Source: Promethearchaeota archaeon | GTDB taxonomy: Archaea; Asgardarchaeota; Lokiarchaeia; Sigyniarchaeales; SOKP01 | Direction: 5' to 3' | Length of the DNA: 11,139 nt | Assembly (NCBI GenBank): GCA_016839745.1 | Contig: JAEOTS010000136.1 | Coordinates: 1 to 11,139, forward strand | Shown here: one piece after another, positions 6,863-11,139 of the stretch | Layout: the number at the start of each line of letters is the position of its first letter | Numbering within the stretch: position 1 is the stretch's first letter | The notes under the pieces: generated by a model | The model's database searches: none | What the model was told of the DNA's origin: nothing | What the model saw: the letters and a program-made list of their open reading frames with translations, nothing else | Translations under genes and position numbers: made by a program

Positions 6863-7702
6863 ATGAGCTTGATTAAATTTAGTAATTTCCATTTTCGATA
6901 TAAAGGAAACGACGAGTATGCACTTAAAAATATTAATTTGGCAATAAATTCAAATAGATTTATATTATTAGCTGGGGAGACGGGATCTGGGAAAACCACA
7001 TTAATTCGATGCTTGAATGGATTAATTCCTCAATTTTATGCTGGTTATTATAAAGGATATGTAGAAATTTCAGGAAAAAACACCACTAAGACAAGTATTT
7101 CAGAATTATCTAATGACGTGGGGATAGTATTCCAAAACCCTGAAAATCAATTAATTGCTATGAATGTAGAACATGAAATAGCTTTCGGTTTGGAAAACCT
7201 TGGAATTCCAAAGGAGGATATAAAAGAAAAGATTAAAGAGGTTGTGGAAATAACTGAGATAGAAAGTATTTTGGATAAAGCTCCTTTTGAGATAAGCGGT
7301 GGTGAACAACAGCGAGTTGCTATTGCCTCAATATTAGTATTAGAGCCCAATGTTATCGTTTTGGACGAACCAACAGCAAATTTGGACCCATTGTTTGCAA
7401 AGAAAATTATCAATTTATTAAAAAAAATTCAAGTCGAAAAAAAGATAACAATCATAATTAGCGAACACAGAATGGATTTAATTCTCCCATTGGTAGACGA
7501 AATCATTTTAATGAAGGAAGGTGAGACTTTAACTCATGGTACGAAGGATAAAGTTATAAATACTAACATATTTGAGAATTTACATATTAACAAACCAAAA
7601 CTATACTCAATCTTTAATGAATTAAAAAATAGAAATCAATTTCAATATGATATTCCCGTTTCTATTCAAGATGCCGTAAGTTTATTAAAAACGATGAAAT
7701 GA
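6863..7702 (+). CDS. ecfA1: ECF transporter ATPase EcfA (CbiO-like)
   Basis: Walker A GETGSGKTT, Q-loop VFQNPENQ, EIAFGLEN, signature ISGGEQQRV, Walker B VLDEPT, switch SEH. Confidence 0.92.
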   Translation: MSLIKFSNFHFRYKGNDEYALKNINLAINSNRFILLAGETGSGKTTLIRCLNGLIPQFYAGYYKGYVEISGKNTTKTSISELSNDVGIVFQNPENQLIAMNVEHEIAFGLENLGIPKEDIKEKIKEVVEITEIESILDKAPFEISGGEQQRVAIASILVLEPNVIVLDEPTANLDPLFAKKIINLLKKIQVEKKITIIISEHRMDLILPLVDEIILMKEGETLTHGTKDKVINTNIFENLHINKPKLYSIFNELKNRNQFQYDIPVSIQDAVSLLKTMK

Positions 7703-7714
7703 TTCGAAGTAGTC

Positions 7715-8590
7715 ATGAAGGATAAAAATTTGCTACCTTTAATAATGGTACACGATGTTGATTATGTGTATTCAAACGGAACAGTAGCTCTAAAGCAAGT
7801 TTCATTAAATATTAATCTAGGTGAATTTATTGCAATTATGGGTCAAAATGGAGCGGGAAAAACGACTCTAATTCGTACATTTAATGGTTTAATTCGACCT
7901 ACCAAAGGAAGTATTTTTATAGAAGGAGAAAATATTGATTCAAAAACTATTGCTACAATATCTAAAAGAGTTGGAATTATCTTTCAAAATCCTATGCATC
8001 AACTATTTTCTAATACAATAGAGGATGAAATTAAATTTTCCTTGAAAAATCTAGATTTAGATAAAGAAGAAATTCAAATTAAAGTTGATCAAATACTGCA
8101 AGAATTTGATCTAGAAAAATATCGTAAAAGATCCCCATTAACCCTGTCTGGCGGAGAATCAAAAAAATTAGCTATAGCTTCAATTATTTGCCGTGACCCT
8201 GACATTCTAGTTTTTGATGAACCAACATTAGGTCAAGACGCAAAAGAAATAAATTTCCTCCTTGGATTGATAAAGAACGAGTTAGAAAGGGGAAAAACAA
8301 TAATAATAGTAACGCATAATATAGAGTTTACAGTAGAACACGTTCCAAGAACAATCTTGATGGGAGGAGGACATATTATTGCCGATGGTCCAACACAGAA
8401 TATTTTTACTAATGAGTTTTTAATATCAAAATCTTCATTAATAATGCCACAAATATATCTATTCAAACAAGAACTTCAAAAAATAGGAATTACTGTTCCT
8501 AAAGAAGTCATAAGAGAAAATGAATTAGTTAATTTTCTGGATAATTATTTTGTAAGTAAGTCCACAAATTTGAGTGAGGGAAATCAATAG
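7715..8590 (+). CDS. ecfA2: ECF transporter ATPase EcfA'
   Basis: Walker A GQNGAGKTT, IFQNPMHQLF, LSGGESKK, VFDEPTLGQD, VTHN. Confidence 0.92.
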   Translation: MKDKNLLPLIMVHDVDYVYSNGTVALKQVSLNINLGEFIAIMGQNGAGKTTLIRTFNGLIRPTKGSIFIEGENIDSKTIATISKRVGIIFQNPMHQLFSNTIEDEIKFSLKNLDLDKEEIQIKVDQILQEFDLEKYRKRSPLTLSGGESKKLAIASIICRDPDILVFDEPTLGQDAKEINFLLGLIKNELERGKTIIIVTHNIEFTVEHVPRTILMGGGHIIADGPTQNIFTNEFLISKSSLIMPQIYLFKQELQKIGITVPKEVIRENELVNFLDNYFVSKSTNLSEGNQ

Positions 8591-9367
8591 ATGTCTTTAG
8601 AATTTCTGAGTGCGTTCAAATTCTTGAAAAAAGAGACTTTTTTACATAACTTGGATCCAAGAGCTAAATTATTACTTGCGATTACATATACTATTAGCGC
8701 TCTTTTATTTCAGGAAATAATTCCCTTATTATTAATTCTAATAACCTTACTCCCAGTTATAATTATTGGAAGGTTGTTTAAAAAATGGGTGAAGAGCGTC
8801 AAAGGCATGTCATTCTTATACATTTTTATAATTGTTCTTAATACTCTTTTTATTGATGAAAATGGATTATCGTTCTCGATCGCTATGATCTTAAGGATTT
8901 CTATAATGATTTCAGCATTCTCCTTGTTTTTTTTAACTGTAGATCCAAATGATTTGGCTCTTTCCCTAATTTCTATGAAAATCCCATACGAGTATGCGTT
9001 TTCTTTCTCGTTAGCATTTAGGTTTGTTCCAACTATTGCCATAGAAACACAAAATATCATCGACGCTCAACAGAGTCGAGGTTATGAAATGCAAAAAAAA
9101 GGGATTATAAATCAAATAAAAAACCTATTTCCTCTCTTAGTTCCCCTTATTGTAAGTTCTATAAAAAGAGCCTTTAATGTCGCAGAAGCTTTAGAATCGC
9201 GATCTTTTGGGAATAAAAAAGATAGAACATTTTATTTTACGATTAGATATTCCTTAAAAGATTGGGTATTTTCATTATACCTGATTCTTTTACTAACTTT
9301 CATAATATTCATTAAAATTAACTTTTTATTAATGCCATTATGGTTTAGATGGAGTTTACCTTTATGA
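8591..9367 (+). CDS. ecfT: ECF transporter transmembrane coupling subunit EcfT (CbiQ-like)
   Basis: FLHNLDPRAKL N-terminus, hydrophobic TM segments, RFVP, and the two coupling motifs AQQSRG and EALESR. Confidence 0.94.
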   Translation: MSLEFLSAFKFLKKETFLHNLDPRAKLLLAITYTISALLFQEIIPLLLILITLLPVIIIGRLFKKWVKSVKGMSFLYIFIIVLNTLFIDENGLSFSIAMILRISIMISAFSLFFLTVDPNDLALSLISMKIPYEYAFSFSLAFRFVPTIAIETQNIIDAQQSRGYEMQKKGIINQIKNLFPLLVPLIVSSIKRAFNVAEALESRSFGNKKDRTFYFTIRYSLKDWVFSLYLILLLTFIIFIKINFLLMPLWFRWSLPL

Positions 9368-10020
9368 AAATCTATTCTATTAAAGACTTAAATGGATTGT
9401 CTAATTATTACATTGGAATTAACCAGATTGAGATTGATCCCAAAGAAGTTCAAATAAACGAATTAGTGGAATTAATTGAGATTATCCAAAGTAATCATGA
9501 AGATACTGTTTTGCAATTCTTCAACGATAGATATGTTCTAAACCCAGAACATATATTACATGCTTGTTATTTCGTCCAAAAAGCCTTCTATACTAAAAAT
9601 AATATTTCAAATAAGAAAAATCTTGAATTACTGCTATACTTAGCTACTAAAAGACAAATAAAGCTAAGTCTCGAACATTTTGGGGTAAACGATTATAATT
9701 TTCATAATAAGAGAATAAGCTATTGCATAATTTCTTCAGAAGATAATATTAAACAGTTAAACATTGAAATAAATAGAAATTTACATTCTAAAGATATAAG
9801 TTTAAATTTAGAAAATTTATCTACTGATAAGTTTAATCGCGTTAAGAAATATTTTGAATTTTCTGACAACCAGATTTTAACCGTTTTGTGCTCTTACGGA
9901 TATACAAACGATAAATTAAATCTAAATTCTTTAAATTTAGAAAGTTTATATGAGGCTCTAAACGATTTAATATGTGAAAAAATGGCTTTATTAAGTTTAG
10001 AGAAAAGCAGATCTCTCTAG
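9364..10020 (+). CDS. cgi121: KEOPS complex subunit Cgi121
   Basis: LQFF...EHILHA..FVQKAF...NIS...LELLLYLATKRQIK.SLEHFG and C-terminal EKMALL match Cgi121. ATG 9364 preferred (ATGA overlap with the ecfT stop). Confidence 0.85.
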   Translation: MKIYSIKDLNGLSNYYIGINQIEIDPKEVQINELVELIEIIQSNHEDTVLQFFNDRYVLNPEHILHACYFVQKAFYTKNNISNKKNLELLLYLATKRQIKLSLEHFGVNDYNFHNKRISYCIISSEDNIKQLNIEINRNLHSKDISLNLENLSTDKFNRVKKYFEFSDNQILTVLCSYGYTNDKLNLNSLNLESLYEALNDLICEKMALLSLEKSRSL

Positions 10021-10547
10021 AACTGATTATACTTATTATGGATGAAAATAATATCATCAGGATTTAGAAACGATATCCCACTAACATTTCCCAGAAGTTC
10101 GATTCTTAAAATTTTATCTGGATTATCCAAATCGACTTTATTATTAATATTTTTTGCTATCGCTTCAATAAAGGTATCTCGTTCTATGATCTCATTTTTT
10201 CTGCGTTTTAATTCGATCTTAAAAGAGTCTTCTTTGTTTAAATAAATAGGGTAATATTTTTCTACGAAATTTTTTATTACATTTAGGTTGGTTTCGCACA
10301 CGTAATCAACAGGGATAATTTTTAGGATGAATTGAAAGAAATTGGGATCTCTTTTGAGGAGTTTTTTGATCTTTCTTATAACTTCTTTATTTTCAATATT
10401 GGTAACAGCGGTTATCAATCCGGGATATTTTACCCCTGATATAATAGGATACTTATCACCACACATTAACAGAGTAAACCAAATTTCTGCTTTTGCGTTA
10501 ATTTCGTTAAATCTGGAAGTCGAGATTAATAAATTAAAGTTATTCAA
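10017..10547 (-). CDS. Stand-alone THUMP-domain RNA-binding protein (Tan1/THUMPD1-like)
   Basis: FNLLISTSRFNE, GLI, ILKIIPVD, SFKIELKRR, KVDLDNPDKILRIE.LG. Start placed at TTG 10547, 5 nt after SD GGTGA; the ORF track start at 10559 overlaps that SD. Confidence 0.85.
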   Translation of the reverse strand: MNNFNLLISTSRFNEINAKAEIWFTLLMCGDKYPIISGVKYPGLITAVTNIENKEVIRKIKKLLKRDPNFFQFILKIIPVDYVCETNLNVIKNFVEKYYPIYLNKEDSFKIELKRRKNEIIERDTFIEAIAKNINNKVDLDNPDKILRIELLGNVSGISFLNPDDIIFIHNKYNQF

Positions 10548-10563
10548 AATACTCACCAAATAG

Positions 10564-11139
10564 TTAATCTTTATTTAATTCAATAAAATTTTCAATTTGT
10601 TCTTCTTTTATAATACCTACCCTCAGTAACCTTAACTCTTCTGAGGTACAATCAAGAATTGTTGTAGGTACTTGCGTTTTAGTTTTTCCCTCATCAAGGA
10701 TTAAATCTATTGGTGTTAAAAATTTTTTTGCTACTTCATCACCACTTATTGAGGGTGGTTCACCAGAATAATTAGCTGAAGTTCCAATTATACCACCAAA
10801 ATATCCTTTTGATTTTAATTTTTTTAATATAGCTAGGACGATCTCGTTTTCCGGCACGCGGATACCAATCGTATCTTTAAATGCAGTGACTTCTGGAGGA
10901 ATTATATTTGGCTCTCTTTTTTTTAATATTAGTGTCAATTGACCAGGCCAGAAGCGTTCAGCTAATTTATAACCTATTTTGTTAAAATCTGCGATTTTTT
11001 CTGCCTCTTCAGTATCTGCAACTAATAGCAATAATCCTTTTGTCCGATCTCGATATTTAATATCATAAATTCTTTTTATTACTTCAAGATTGAGGGGATC
11101 ACCACCTAAACCATATACTGAATTAGTTGGAAAAGCAAT
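10564..11139 (-). CDS. tsaC: Threonylcarbamoyl-AMP synthase, single-domain TsaC/YrdC type (5'-truncated by the window end)
   Basis: Frame is open to base 11139: IAFPTNSVYGLGGDP...IKYRDRTKGLLLLV, then FWPGQLTLIL, TIGIRVP, GTSANYSGEP, PTTILD, LRVG. Stops soon after LRVG, so there is no SUA5 domain. Confidence 0.95.
   Translation of the reverse strand: MAFPTNSVYGLGGDPLNLEVIKRIYDIKYRDRTKGLLLLVADTEEAEKIADFNKIGYKLAERFWPGQLTLILKKREPNIIPPEVTAFKDTIGIRVPENEIVLAILKKLKSKGYFGGIIGTSANYSGEPPSISGDEVAKKFLTPIDLILDEGKTKTQVPTTILDCTSEELRLLRVGIIKEEQIENFIELNKD

Noticed and set aside
7147-9060. Minus-strand ORFs 7147-7413, 8233-8466 and 8710-9060
   Set aside because: All lie fully antisense to well-supported ECF genes and show no recognisable motifs.
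5104-10560. Visibly more AT-rich right half as a possible horizontally acquired island
   Set aside because: It carries core archaeal genes (pcc1, pfdB, cgi121) and no integrase, tRNA or flanking repeats; faster divergence explains it more simply. GC was not computed.
9842-10563. ORFs 9842-10057 (-), 10042-10245 (+) and 10342-10563 (+)
   Set aside because: Shadows of cgi121 and THUMP.
1-11139. Selenocysteine/pyrrolysine readthrough, frameshifts, inteins, CRISPR, IS elements, tRNA/rRNA
   Set aside because: All recognised genes are intact and end where their families normally end; no repeat arrays, GC-rich structured RNA or transposase signal were seen.

Overview
AT-rich archaeal chromosomal window holding the conserved exosome/proteasome housekeeping superoperon. 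The low GC, gene order and protein style suggest an Asgard/Lokiarchaeia-like lineage, but that is inference. Plus strand: 3' end of an unidentified gene, proteasome alpha (psmA), SBDS/Sdo1, exosome Rrp4-Rrp41-Rrp42, ribosomal eL43/L37ae, KEOPS Pcc1, prefoldin beta, a DHH/DHHA1 phosphoesterase, an ECF transporter energizing module (EcfA-EcfA'-EcfT, no S component) and KEOPS Cgi121. These converge on a minus-strand unit of single-domain TsaC/YrdC (cut by the window end) and a stand-alone THUMP protein. No RNA genes, CRISPR arrays or mobile elements were seen, and I found no wholly new system. The noteworthy points are: three t6A-pathway genes plus THUMP in one locus, an ECF module coupled to cgi121, loss of rpoP/Brix from their usual slot, insertions in SBDS, Rrp4 and Cgi121, and a 17-codon ORF overlapping the SBDS start.
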